A stretch of 64,000 bases of DNA from Barthelona sp. PCE (taxonomy: Eukaryota): contig JAUFOR010000001.1 of the NCBI GenBank assembly GCA_040285745.1, positions 930,001 through 994,000 of the forward strand. Direction: 5' to 3'. Shown in pieces: positions 33,801 through 47,738 of this stretch. The notes under the pieces were generated by a model. The model had not been told where the DNA came from. It saw only the letters and a program-made list of their open reading frames with translations, and ran no database searches. The position numbers were made by a program, and so were the translations under genes. Numbering within the stretch: position 1 is the stretch's first letter; every line of letters starts with the position of its first letter.

Positions 33801-34053
33801 TATTAACATTGGTGATGGCTTCTTGCTGAGAAGGCTCGTGGAGTGCATCGATTCAGAACCCATCCTTCGCATGCACTACGATCCCAATTTCAACATTAAT
33901 AACGTTCGCAGTCATCAACCTAGAGTAGATCGGGGTCGACAGGTGCTGAACAATATTGTGAGTCAGAAGGGAAGGCAACGCCGACACAACCCTAAGCCAA
34001 AGCCAAAACAATTGCAGAGTACATCATTCTTGAAGGGTTTTATTAAGAAATAA
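30850..34053 (+). CDS. XRN2: 5'-3' exoribonuclease XRN2/Rat1
   Basis: MGVPAFYRWL, NLYLDMNGIIHPC, DGVAPRAKMNQQR, GEGEHK, zinc knuckle CPGCGSPDH...C, WYYPYHFAP. Confidence 0.95.
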   Translation: MGVPAFYRWLSKRFRKSIIKVKEEFPHTVNGEYMPIDATQPNPNGFEIHNLYLDMNGIIHPCFHPTDVDAPKSWSEVFINVFDYVDRIFTVVRPRNLLFLAIDGVAPRAKMNQQRMRRFRTAQEKAIAKAIANGLDAAKLEFLNEIYIPEEGNSETQFDSNIITPGTQFMFELSEALRWFIQIKMNRDPAWRGLQVVLSDANMPGEGEHKVMDYLRSQRGVMQAWERRDKCKGPPPYNPNLVHCLYGMDADLIMLSLATHEPRFIILREDIFGKSIRFCPGCGSPDHGRDSCPEIAKNPSAQAQHFDKLPYGHKEWQFCCMNILRDYMDRMFGTHFNLKQTLGPRYDLERVIDDFIFLCFLAGNDFLPHIASLDIREGCIDLLLKVYLRKLPVLGGYITDRGIMNFQRLAVYMDSLKLHESKLFEMRESDRRRKLMRRRARDKKRWRENKEMKAAEKKADMFRNTAILKDFVVAKQVEEDRKIEDSKRTASMVQPDPATPEVVRKMQKTKTEESKDFDMDAFTELEILDLKNPSVPDSEVISDSFHEVDACTAKLLLRHPLKMFSEGYRERYYKYKFKFTDDDVDISVQRARMRDPAEAERIYMSCHDFTASDYKGDLAHLVTSYAEGLAWTFLYYYRGCASWTWYYPYHFAPLAEDCTLLAHIDGKRIYERFGISPINRTHVLESKTPEPSNPPLDSPVCPFHQLMSVLPLYSSHALPESFRDVMMRLPEYYPLSFRLDRNFHEQLWQAIAILPFIDFGHLIDEAKDEMILSQADKFLKLRNRYATNTLFVHQSNGLWPHVVATTALAEPKYETYAEWRKERVHGKSRKTPSAAYCSVLLKPDWHVEKPEFNSGLDETVPPSRYVNPKGQFINSIQFFKRYGAPKIPFGAPPDMELDSLQQRWMLPFEEGEYCKVFSCSMDFPDFPAGYNYSVNLLPGVHMPQPVLNQRDFDSIERRHVNTERFTLGEELAFAEDKAFQDTVPINIGDGFLLRRLVECIDSEPILRMHYDPNFNINNVRSHQPRVDRGRQVLNNIVSQKGRQRRHNPKPKPKQLQSTSFLKGFIKK

Positions 34054-34071
34054 AAGTTCATAGGTTTTGTT

Positions 34072-34647
34072 TTATTGCAAAAATGATTTTGCTCGTTCTA
34101 CAAGCGCTGGAACCTTCTCTAGTGGCACCATATCTAGCCTTTGGATTATTGTCTGTACTAGAAGTGTGCTATCATGAGTCTCACCGCGTATCCACACTCT
34201 GTTGTTACTACCACACGCGAATTCATAGTTAAACTCCTTTCCAATTATCCTGGGGATGTTTTTTGAACGTGAGGTGATGTTTGCTCGTAGTCTGTATATA
34301 GTTTTGGGGCTGACTGGGAATAAATAACCGTCTTTGAGAGGACCAAAGCCTGTACCCCTTCCATCCTCAGAGACACAGCTCATGAGGCAGAATGATGTGT
34401 TTTTGTCAGCTTCAACAATGCGACAGAAAAGGACAGTGCCAATAGTAACACGTCCACGCATTGTTTTACGATCTGCACCCTCGAATGCAGTGGAATCAAG
34501 AAGCCCTGTGATCGATGAGCCAATATCGCATGCGTAATACTGTGAAGCTCCAGAGTCTGAAGACCTAGTTCCAACAACTATGCCTAATACAAGGTCGTTG
34601 GCTTGAGGGACGTATACTCGTGAGAAGTGGTGCGAATTCTCGTTCAT
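34072..34647 (-). CDS. RRP40: Exosome cap subunit RRP40 (S1 + KH)
   Basis: YVPQANDLVLGIV, AFEGA, GFGPLKDG, ACGSNNRVWI motifs. Confidence 0.85.
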   Translation of the reverse strand: MNENSHHFSRVYVPQANDLVLGIVVGTRSSDSGASQYYACDIGSSITGLLDSTAFEGADRKTMRGRVTIGTVLFCRIVEADKNTSFCLMSCVSEDGRGTGFGPLKDGYLFPVSPKTIYRLRANITSRSKNIPRIIGKEFNYEFACGSNNRVWIRGETHDSTLLVQTIIQRLDMVPLEKVPALVERAKSFLQ

Positions 34648-34771
34648 AAATAGTAAGAAAAGGTTTTAAAACGAAAAAACGAGTAGGAAAATTGTTTTTT
34701 TTTGTTTCATCGATTTAAACCCTTTTCAAAAGTTTTCAACCCTTTTTTTTGGAACTAGAAGAAGCTTGAGA

Positions 34772-35676
34772 ATGAATATCGAATCAGAGTATCTTCAAAA
34801 AGCCGTGGGAGGACCCTTACTGGACGGACTAAGTGCAACCGTGTTAGCTTCACCTCCAGATCCGGTCAAATACTTGGCAGAATACCTTTTGTCATATCGC
34901 CAAAACGCTCTGAGAGCCAACGAGGTATATTTGAAAAATTCTAATTTTTAACTAATTTTTAGCTGAGAGAAAAGGAAAAGCTTGCTTCAGAGCAGATGAA
35001 GGAGCTCGAGCAGCAGCGTCTTGCAGATCTGCAACAAAGAAAAGACGATCTTATTCAGAAGAAGAAGCAATTGGAAGAGGACCGTAAGCAAGAGATTGCC
35101 AGACAATCAGAGTTCCCTGATTTTCTGGTCAAGCGCCGTGCACAGTTGGAAGAAGAGCGTATTATGAACGATCCTGTCCTTAGAAATCAAAGAATATATG
35201 ACAAGGTTGTCGAGGGATTGTCTGAGCTTTCCTCAGCATTGCTGCTTGAACTCCGCCGTATGGACACTGCAGACCCGGCTACACACCGTATTATGAAGGG
35301 TGTATTCTACACATTGGGTCATCAACCAAGCGACATGACAACTTGGATGGGCGTTCGTCAGCTTATCACCGGCACTTTGTTCGCATCATTGATTTCTTTC
35401 AAGCCTGATGATCGATCTACGAAGCAGACTTTCGAACGTGCTGGTCATACCATTGAGGATTTGGAAGGTGCAGATATCGCCAAGTTTGAGCTTAATGAGG
35501 CAGTGCAGGTGATGTATGATTGGCTTAAGGTTGTCATTCCACTGCACATTGCTCACGTTGAGAAGAAGGTGGAAGAAGCAGTCGAGAACGATATCAGTGT
35601 TGAGGACGTGGATGATGAGGATGAAGCAGATCTTGCTCAGCATGAGGACAAGTCGACACTCCCTCCTTTGGAATAA
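34772..35676 (+). CDS. Dpy-30 motif protein, DYDC-like (exons 34772-34924, 34963-35676)
   Basis: 'ESEYLQKAVGGPLLDGLSATVLASPPDPVKYLAEYL' Dpy-30 motif; 38-nt GTATAT...CTAATTTTTAG intron joins the two ORFs in frame. Confidence 0.8.
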
Positions 35677-35758
35677 GAATAGGTGTTTTGTAACATTATT
35701 TGTAAAGATAAAAAAATATTTTTCTTTTTCCGTTCTTACAACTGATTATATATTACAT

Positions 35759-36310
35759 TTATTCTGTTTGACGAGCGACCGGGCGCTTTGCTCTTCTGGA
35801 TTGTACTCGAGGTCCGATGTTCTTGTACTGACAGGGAATGCGAGGTTTAACTTTCTTTTCAAGCTGTCTGTCTCTGATTGCTCTCTTGACGTGCTGGTCC
35901 CTGAGCAAAGTTGATTTTGTCACGTATGGTTCCGAAAAGTGTTTTTTTCCTGCACGATGTGATCTTTGGAGGGCTTTTTGATGAGATACAACATCTTCGA
36001 ATGTTTGAGAGGCAATGATATCCGTGAGAGACTCACTTTCGCGTTTGGGAACTCTCTTAGCAGGCTTACGCTTCATCTTTTTTGAAGTTCTAGGTTTGTA
36101 GTTATGTGTGGAAAATTTTTTGTTACGTTCGATATAATCAATGGGGTCTTCGTTCATTTTCAACCTTGACTTGCGCTCTATTTCGCTAGTGAGAGCTAAA
36201 ACTTCAGCAATATTTTCTGAAGGCTCGGATACGATACCGTGAGTCATGTGCCGGAGTTTAGACTTGTAATATTTGCTTTTTCCTATCGGTGATTTGTAAA
36301 AAATTGACAT
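35759..36310 (-). CDS. Hypothetical basic protein
   Basis: ATG at 36310; K/R-rich ORF. Confidence 0.55.
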   Translation of the reverse strand: MSIFYKSPIGKSKYYKSKLRHMTHGIVSEPSENIAEVLALTSEIERKSRLKMNEDPIDYIERNKKFSTHNYKPRTSKKMKRKPAKRVPKRESESLTDIIASQTFEDVVSHQKALQRSHRAGKKHFSEPYVTKSTLLRDQHVKRAIRDRQLEKKVKPRIPCQYKNIGPRVQSRRAKRPVARQTE

Positions 36311-36460
36311 AATGAATATCTTCAGAAAAAACTGTGTGGTTATGTATAAATGAGATTGCGATCGACTGGTTGTACTTGAAATATTGGATAAATACCAACT
36401 TGGATTAAATTTAGACCAAAAGGGATCAAAAAGGCAAAACAAAAATTTTCATCGAATAAT

Positions 36461-38460
<2,000 letters not shown>

Positions 38461-38533
38461 TCTGTAAAGAATCTGATTACTTTCCTTTATTACCCGTTAA
38501 CATGGATGAGACTCTGGAAGAAAATCATGGAAA

Positions 38534-40699
38534 CTATTCATTATGATAACCCTCATAATAATCGGGCATTTGGTACTCAACGATGGACGCCTCCGCCAGG
38601 AACGAAGGAAGGTGGAACGTTTCCACTGTGGGATTCATCGATTCCGGGTCTTCTTCAACGTTGTATGTTTTCAACACCATGGTCTTGGTCTCTTTTTCGT
38701 ATGACATTTCTTGAACAGTGTTATTGGGTAGATTTAGATTTCGGCTCATTTTCTCAGTCTCTTCTTTGTATGACATATCATGAACAACATTATTAGGCAT
38801 ATTTTGCATATTCATAATGTGTAAATTGTCGTTTGTGTAAAAATGCGTTTTAATTGCACCATCTTCAATGTATACTTTAATAATACCATCCCTTAAGTGT
38901 ATGCAGGAATCTCCCAGGAAATCTCGGAATAAGTTGCCTCCATAGGGGTCATAATCAAGCCAATACTCATTAAGAAGAACAGGCTCTAAGAAGCTTCCTG
39001 TTGACCAATCTAAACAGCGTAAATGTTGCGTTCCTCCATCTTCCCAGTATACACATTCAATAAACAGCTGATGATCAGGTGTTTCAGCCAATGTACGAGG
39101 GTTAAAGTGAACATCTATATCATATCCATGTTCAGAAACAATGTGCTTTTGAACATCCACAACATACCCGTTGACATTGAACCGAAAGAAATGGATTGCA
39201 TTACTACACAGAATACACGCTGAATTATCAATATGTGAACCATGAGCACTACTGACGGAAATATTCGGAGGAAGATCCAAAATCACATTATTCCCTAAAT
39301 GAACCAATGTTGTACCATCTTCACGATATTCAACATTTAAGGGCAGCCCTTGAATAAAACCTAAGTGTTTAGAGCCACAATGAGGTAAAATAGTTGTGAT
39401 GGGTTCGGATTCTGAGTCGTTCCAACGTAATTTGACATATGTAGCACCTGTTTCACTACGTACCTCTGCAAATACAATAAAATCATCTTCATTTGGAACT
39501 GATAGGATACTACACCTCGTACGTGAAAACTGTTTCCATAGCCCATGCAGCACAATAATCTTCCTTTTTTTGAAAAGAAAGTAACATCTTATCAAAGAGT
39601 TATAATCATACACTTCCGCTGTCCCATCAAAAAAAATTCGTTTTGGGTGAAGACTGTTCAAACACACAACCTCATCATCAACTGCTCTGAATTTGATTGG
39701 GCCATAACGTCCTGTTATTTCATCAACACCATAAAAAACACAATCTTCGTCACGAAAGGAATTATCGTTCAAATTTATATGCTTCAACCCATCGCAAACT
39801 ACATTATTAAAATTCATTTCACTCTCTAACATCTTCAATTCACCGTTTTCAATATGAACCACCATCGTGAAACTTGATTCAATGAATACCATTGACAAAA
39901 CATCTTGAGTGAGCGTTAATAATGCAAAATTTGAGTCTATATCAATATTCAATCCTTTAAGCTGTGGAAACCTTTCTGTTAAGTTAACTTGGTTCCTTTG
40001 GCTGTCAAATATTACCAATTCACCATATCTATGATCGCCAAGGATTGAGCCAAAACAATCCGAGTTGTAACACCTGATGATGAATTTTGAATGGATACCA
40101 AGCAACTGTTCAACATCAGGTTCATGTGCCTCGTCCATGTCATCAGCAGAAAAATTGTATTGCCATGTGGTATCATCTTTGCATTTCCTTAACAAAATGT
40201 AGTTTGAATTGATGATTGATTGAGAGCTATACTCTCCAAGACATCTATATTCCTCGGTTATAACATTAAATATGTAGCACTGCCTCACTCTTCTAAAATT
40301 AACGTATTCTTCAATGGTGAATAGTAGGTGGTTTTCATCCATCGGAATTATTCTGCTAATTTTGGATCTTCTTATGCATATTCTCCTTCTTGTATGCACA
40401 TCACTCATGATATGATCAAATAATAAGATATCAAGATGGGTTACAATATTATTTTCGCAAAGTATATCGATGATCATATAAGATTCTCCGGCTCTAAGCT
40501 TAGTTGTGTATTTAAGAGGCTCACGCGTATCCCCCACATACCCAACAAAGTCCTTGCCTTCAACGGCGCTCTCAATGAGGCTGATATCTGAGTTTTCTCT
40601 TGATTTAAGCAATCTTAGACCCTTTCCCTCAAATATCATCTGCCCCTCGGGATACGCCTTGATGATAAGGTCGTCTTCGAATTTTCGAACCCTAGGCAT
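38534..40699 (-). CDS. Hypothetical 721-aa protein inside the inverted repeat
   Basis: Uninterrupted ORF, AT-richer than housekeeping genes, 23-aa internal duplication near the C-terminus. Confidence 0.75.
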   Translation of the reverse strand: MPRVRKFEDDLIIKAYPEGQMIFEGKGLRLLKSRENSDISLIESAVEGKDFVGYVGDTREPLKYTTKLRAGESYMIIDILCENNIVTHLDILLFDHIMSDVHTRRRICIRRSKISRIIPMDENHLLFTIEEYVNFRRVRQCYIFNVITEEYRCLGEYSSQSIINSNYILLRKCKDDTTWQYNFSADDMDEAHEPDVEQLLGIHSKFIIRCYNSDCFGSILGDHRYGELVIFDSQRNQVNLTERFPQLKGLNIDIDSNFALLTLTQDVLSMVFIESSFTMVVHIENGELKMLESEMNFNNVVCDGLKHINLNDNSFRDEDCVFYGVDEITGRYGPIKFRAVDDEVVCLNSLHPKRIFFDGTAEVYDYNSLIRCYFLFKKRKIIVLHGLWKQFSRTRCSILSVPNEDDFIVFAEVRSETGATYVKLRWNDSESEPITTILPHCGSKHLGFIQGLPLNVEYREDGTTLVHLGNNVILDLPPNISVSSAHGSHIDNSACILCSNAIHFFRFNVNGYVVDVQKHIVSEHGYDIDVHFNPRTLAETPDHQLFIECVYWEDGGTQHLRCLDWSTGSFLEPVLLNEYWLDYDPYGGNLFRDFLGDSCIHLRDGIIKVYIEDGAIKTHFYTNDNLHIMNMQNMPNNVVHDMSYKEETEKMSRNLNLPNNTVQEMSYEKETKTMVLKTYNVEEDPESMNPTVETFHLPSFLAEASIVEYQMPDYYEGYHNE

Positions 40700-41421
40700 G
40701 AATAGCCGTGATTATGTAGGTGAATATTGAGATAGCATGTATTTCTTAAAAATCAGTGTTTACACGTGGAATATATAGATGATATAATACATGTGAAGCG
40801 TAAACAAAAAGCGCGAATGTGAAACAGAACTGCATTTGTATTTCTATCCCCTCACAATTTTATTGATGTGGTTCACAGGGCTTGTACCACGTGATACCTA
40901 AAATGGTGGACGCGTACGGGGATTGGGTTGGTTGTGGGGCACGTTTTGGCTACATTGCGGGTGCAGATAGCAGATAATATATTTGAGTGTTTTGTAGATG
41001 ATTAAAAAATCTCCCAACAATAATCTGGTTTCTTTCAGCATGAATAACGATTGGTGCCACGATATCTATTACCCTGTTGCCAATTTTGTTCTGCATGCTG
41101 CAAGTGCCACCCTTCTTTGTTCCCCTCCTCCCTACGGTGTATCAGCTACCTTCTTGACGCTTCTCTTTCACATTCTTTTTATCGAATTTGAATTGCAATG
41201 AACACGCTTCATTTTGTTATTCAAATCACTGAAGATGAAGCCAGTAAGAGATTTTTAGAATTTGAATCTGTTTCCGACTTGGTGGGATCTGTCTTGACAC
41301 TTTTTGACCTTAAATACATATATAACACCATGTAAGGCATGAAAAATGCTGCAATAATAGAGATTAGTGATTTTTTCAATTTTCTTTTTTCCACTTATTA
41401 CAAACAATATCTCTTGGTGAC

Positions 41422-44400
41422 ATGATACAAATATTTGCTGATAAAGACAGAAAGTTGACTATTATACGTCAAAACGAATCTGGTGGTCTTGAACCAATTA
41501 CTCTCGCAACAGAGAAATATTTAAATATCTTTTGGGTTTCAAGGAACGAAAAGGTTCTGGCCACTGTGCATTCAAACCCTTCTAATTCTGGTTCCTCAAT
41601 TATTAAAATTTTTGGTATTCCATCTTTAAGTTTATTTAGTTCAATTAATGTGGATGGTGAGGTTAAACATGGCTGTCTGAGCTATGATGGGCAATTTCTT
41701 GCATATAGCTCAGTCAATCGATACTATAGCTATGATTTGGAAACAAGAAACTGCCTTTCCACCATTTCTTGTTCTGGTGGTTCTATTTGTTGGGTTAATT
41801 CTAAAAATATCTTAATTATAGACAATAACTATATTTGTGTATACGATCACAATCAGCAAAAACAAGGACAGAGAGCAGGTAACCTTATCTTTGAAGAACA
41901 AAATCAATTTTTTATAATGCTTTCAGGGTATCAGGGTAATGCACATAGAATATTAAATTTGTCAGGTTCAGAGATAGAGAGATATCCAAACCCAAACGAT
42001 ACAAGAATGCTTCTAGGTGACATTTCTGCTCAGTATATGGTCCTTGCTAATAATTCTGTGATTCAATTGTTCAGCAGAAACACGAAGCAAATATGCTGTT
42101 CATTCAACGTAGAGGGTAAAAAGCAGTCCATTTATATTTCACATGACGAAAAGTATTTTTCAGTCAATATGCAATGTGGAGATTCACAAATATTTTGTAT
42201 TCAGTCAAGAAAGCGTATAACAACTATTGCCAAATGCTATATTGGAAGTACACCAACAATTACAGTTTTTAATAAGCATTTAATCAAAATTGATACCACA
42301 CAATTAGGTTCTTATATTGTCAAAGCTGGTGAAATCATTCCTTGTAATCCCCAAATGCTAATTTCTAAAGTTCCAAACGGTTATCTATTGTTTTTTAAAT
42401 CCTATGTTTCACATGTATCCAAATCAGGTGAATGTCAAAGTTTTGATTTTGATGACGATATTGTTAATGTTCAAAGAGAATCGGAATCGGTATTTAGAGT
42501 AGAATTTGGGAATGGAACAATTATGTTGAAGGAATGGGCTGGATCTGATTTTGTTCGAAAAGTAAGATGTGATAATGGCAGTAGTAATCTCATTGATGCT
42601 AACTTGAGTATCATTAACCTTCGCTCCAAACTTGCTGAGCAGAGGATAATGTATCAAAAGGAACTTAATGAACAGAAAATATTTTTTCAAGAAAAACTCA
42701 CTGCTCAAGAAGAAAAAACTCAAGTGAAGTTCTCAGAAATGGATGTGAAGTTCCAGGTTACATTCGATACATTAAGTCAGTTGGTACCCAATTCAGGCAA
42801 CAAGGAGTTCGGTGAACTGATTGCGTATAGCAATGAATGTGCAGAAGTTATCCAACAACTCTATGTTCCATCGCAGTCTTTCTTGGACTGGATATCTTCA
42901 GATCCAACTGTGCAGACAATGGAGAAGCACTTAGATGAACTGGAAATGGCCATATCATACGTCAGGGATTTCAGAAACATCATTGTAGCGTTTGAGATTA
43001 ATGAAACGTTGGCTTCAACCTTTTCATCTCGCTTTGACAAGCTTGTTTCCCGGTTTCCCATCGCAAAGGTGCTTAATGAGAGAGCTTTTGCCGAAAAACT
43101 TAGAGAGTTAACATCTTTTGATTTCAGCTTTGAACTTTTTCACTTACTTTCGGATCAAGATCTGAAAAATTCACATGTTGTAATGAATTTATTCATTGAC
43201 AAACTCAACACTCTTACGCGATCTTCCAAGCAAATCAAAGGTATCGCTAAGGATTTGGAGGAATCTCGGGAAGAGCAAGAGCTTGATTCTCTTGATCATC
43301 CAGTGAATTTTGATCGACTTTACACATTGCAACAGAGAATGGAACGCCATGCGTCGGAGATCAGTGAAGCTGAATGTGTCAATTTTGAAAAAGCAAAGGG
43401 ATATATGACTCGTCTGGTTACTCAGAACATCAAAACGCTCAAAAAAACTATATGTGAACTGGCACTAGCAGTTGACCTTTCCAAGACAATTGAGGAGTTG
43501 GATCTTAAAGCAATAAGGTTCCCTTCGATTCCTAAGATCATTAGTTATGACAGCTATTTGAATGGTGGGCTTCAAGATTTTGGATTATATAACGGCACCA
43601 TCGATACGGATGATCTGTTCATCAAGTGTATTTGCGTCTCAAAGGGGATGAAGCGCGGTCTGGATGATAATATAAAGGCAATAAGACGCGAACTGCGCGT
43701 TCTGACCAAGCTAGACCCTTGCACAGTAACTCTTAAGAACGTAGTGTTTGTACCAAAGATGTCACGTGGAACTGCTACCATGATGTTTGTGTGTATTGAG
43801 CTGGAGCGTGCACCGTTTGATCTTGAGAAGTATCTTGAATCATTTCCTGATGTTAACCAGGAGACGAAGAACTCTCTTGCTCATCAGCTTGTGATGTGTA
43901 TCTTCTCTATACACGCAAAGGGTATCACTCTGCGTGATATCAAGCCACAGAACATCTTAGTATATTGTAACAAAGATGGAACAAATCCCAAGTTGAAATT
44001 ATGCGACTTTGGTGTAAGCATCGACAACTCACAAACTATTGGAGGTAACACTATGGTTGGAACGTTTGGTTATATGGCCCAAGAAGTTATGATGGGCCAA
44101 CCGCACACTTTACTGAGCGATATTTTTGCACTTGGAAAAACTGTTGCCTACATTTATGCACAAGACAGAACAAACGTTGCTCAGCTTGTTTTACCTGAAG
44201 ACTGCATGCATTTTGAAATCATCCAGCGCTGTCAAGCCAAAGATCCTCAGCTCAGACCGTCCATTTACGAGCTTAACTGTCATGAGTGGCACACTAATGT
44301 ACCCGCAGCTCAGGACCGCCTCACACTCATCCGCCGTCAGATCAACCAGTTTATTGTCACAAAGCAGGCTCTGTTACGCGATAACGATCGTGAGGGAAGC

Positions 44401-45627
44401 ACCATGAAGTTTGAACAAGTGGAGCAGACCTTTGACGAATTTTTCGTGACTGTGTTCAGCGATATCAACTCGTTTATGAGTGGAACCGAATACTTCGATG
44501 CCTCAATTACATTATACGGTATGGAACAACTCTCAATTCCCCAATTCATTGATTACATTTTCGAGCATCATTCTTTGCCTCAAATCAATACCGAAACATC
44601 AGATGATGTCTTGATAGCCATGTGCGGCTTCCTGTACTGCTGCTTTGTGTTCCAATCACCAATTGATGACTTGCAGGTTGGTCAGTTTTTGATCAACGCA
44701 CTCAGTGAAGATCACGATAAGCTTTCTGATAGAAAAGTCTTTGGCAAGGTGTTCCCAACCGAATCGGCGTACATCCTTAACATGCTGAATCACGAGGGTC
44801 TGAACTTCAACTTCTTCGGAGGTGAGGACAAGTTGGTAACTGCTGAAAACATTGATGAATTCCTGCAACTCGCCCGTGTCACGGTTTCCGAACCATGGAT
44901 GGAGCTGTCTAAGAAGGTTAACGCAGTGTTTAACGCTCATGAACTCACTGCCCAGCTTGGCGTCACCCTCACTTTCTCTGAAGTCAAATCTATGATGTGC
45001 GGACCTCCTCGTTTCACCGCAGAGCAGGTGCTTGCTACCTTTAACTATGATGACAAGGTACCCAATAACGTGCGTGATGCACTAGCAGAAGTTCTACAAG
45101 GTTTCAACTCAATGGACATTCTCCAGTTCGTTTACTGGTTAAATGGCTCACCGGAACTACACTCATACATCGTCATTCTACAGCCTGACGACACTATGCT
45201 ACCTACTGTTGCTCTCTGTGATCACTCTCTGAGATTGCCCAACAACATATTGCGTATCCGCGAAGGACTACCACTAGCTATTCGCGGTATCCTGCCCAAG
45301 GAGTTCAAGTTGCTCATCACACAGCGACTTTCGCAATGGACGCAGGAAGATGTTGACAATCTCAACAACCGTCTTCAAAATGCACCACGCAAAACCATCG
45401 ATTTCAATCGAATTGATGGGGTGCCATCTTTGCGTGTCTGCCCGAACTGCTTGACTCCTGTAGAGCATATTAGCGGTTGCAAGAGCATGAAGTGTCCCAC
45501 ATGCAGTCGCAGTTTTTGTTTTGTTTGCCTTTCTGCGAGTTGCGGTCACCATGGACGTTGTCAGGTTCAGGACATACAGCGTGTGACTCTCACACAAGTT
45601 AAAAATAGAATGAAAGAGTTCCAATGA
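41422..45627 (+). CDS. Multidomain protein: beta-propeller-like, coiled coil, Ser/Thr kinase, HECT, RBR RING2/IBR-like finger
   Basis: Kinase LRDIKPQN, KLCDFG, VGTFGYMAQE, SDIFALG; HECT-like VTAENIDEFLQL, MMCG, QFVYWLNGS, LPTVALCDHSLRLP; CPNC-x9-C-x4-C-x2-C-x4-C-x2-C. Confidence 0.85.
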   Translation: MIQIFADKDRKLTIIRQNESGGLEPITLATEKYLNIFWVSRNEKVLATVHSNPSNSGSSIIKIFGIPSLSLFSSINVDGEVKHGCLSYDGQFLAYSSVNRYYSYDLETRNCLSTISCSGGSICWVNSKNILIIDNNYICVYDHNQQKQGQRAGNLIFEEQNQFFIMLSGYQGNAHRILNLSGSEIERYPNPNDTRMLLGDISAQYMVLANNSVIQLFSRNTKQICCSFNVEGKKQSIYISHDEKYFSVNMQCGDSQIFCIQSRKRITTIAKCYIGSTPTITVFNKHLIKIDTTQLGSYIVKAGEIIPCNPQMLISKVPNGYLLFFKSYVSHVSKSGECQSFDFDDDIVNVQRESESVFRVEFGNGTIMLKEWAGSDFVRKVRCDNGSSNLIDANLSIINLRSKLAEQRIMYQKELNEQKIFFQEKLTAQEEKTQVKFSEMDVKFQVTFDTLSQLVPNSGNKEFGELIAYSNECAEVIQQLYVPSQSFLDWISSDPTVQTMEKHLDELEMAISYVRDFRNIIVAFEINETLASTFSSRFDKLVSRFPIAKVLNERAFAEKLRELTSFDFSFELFHLLSDQDLKNSHVVMNLFIDKLNTLTRSSKQIKGIAKDLEESREEQELDSLDHPVNFDRLYTLQQRMERHASEISEAECVNFEKAKGYMTRLVTQNIKTLKKTICELALAVDLSKTIEELDLKAIRFPSIPKIISYDSYLNGGLQDFGLYNGTIDTDDLFIKCICVSKGMKRGLDDNIKAIRRELRVLTKLDPCTVTLKNVVFVPKMSRGTATMMFVCIELERAPFDLEKYLESFPDVNQETKNSLAHQLVMCIFSIHAKGITLRDIKPQNILVYCNKDGTNPKLKLCDFGVSIDNSQTIGGNTMVGTFGYMAQEVMMGQPHTLLSDIFALGKTVAYIYAQDRTNVAQLVLPEDCMHFEIIQRCQAKDPQLRPSIYELNCHEWHTNVPAAQDRLTLIRRQINQFIVTKQALLRDNDREGSTMKFEQVEQTFDEFFVTVFSDINSFMSGTEYFDASITLYGMEQLSIPQFIDYIFEHHSLPQINTETSDDVLIAMCGFLYCCFVFQSPIDDLQVGQFLINALSEDHDKLSDRKVFGKVFPTESAYILNMLNHEGLNFNFFGGEDKLVTAENIDEFLQLARVTVSEPWMELSKKVNAVFNAHELTAQLGVTLTFSEVKSMMCGPPRFTAEQVLATFNYDDKVPNNVRDALAEVLQGFNSMDILQFVYWLNGSPELHSYIVILQPDDTMLPTVALCDHSLRLPNNILRIREGLPLAIRGILPKEFKLLITQRLSQWTQEDVDNLNNRLQNAPRKTIDFNRIDGVPSLRVCPNCLTPVEHISGCKSMKCPTCSRSFCFVCLSASCGHHGRCQVQDIQRVTLTQVKNRMKEFQ

Positions 45628-45684
45628 TGCAATAAATGAGATTTTCTTCCCTCATATGTTAACGGGTAGAGTAAGATTTTTACA

Positions 45685-47685
<2,001 letters not shown>

Positions 47686-47738
47686 CTTAAATATTTTGCT
47701 TTTGCAAAAAATATTATAATCCTTTACATATTTGGGCA

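Noticed and set aside
6608-34647. Functional clustering of VPS24/VPS4 and of REI1/EFL1/XRN2/RRP40
   Set aside because: Interspersed with unrelated genes on both strands; expected by chance in a compact genome
41318-41394. Possible AT-AC intron (ATATAT...TTCCAC) fusing the ERH-like exon in frame to the kinase gene
   Set aside because: Lacks the branch A at -8 seen in all other introns and lacks the U12 ATATCC donor
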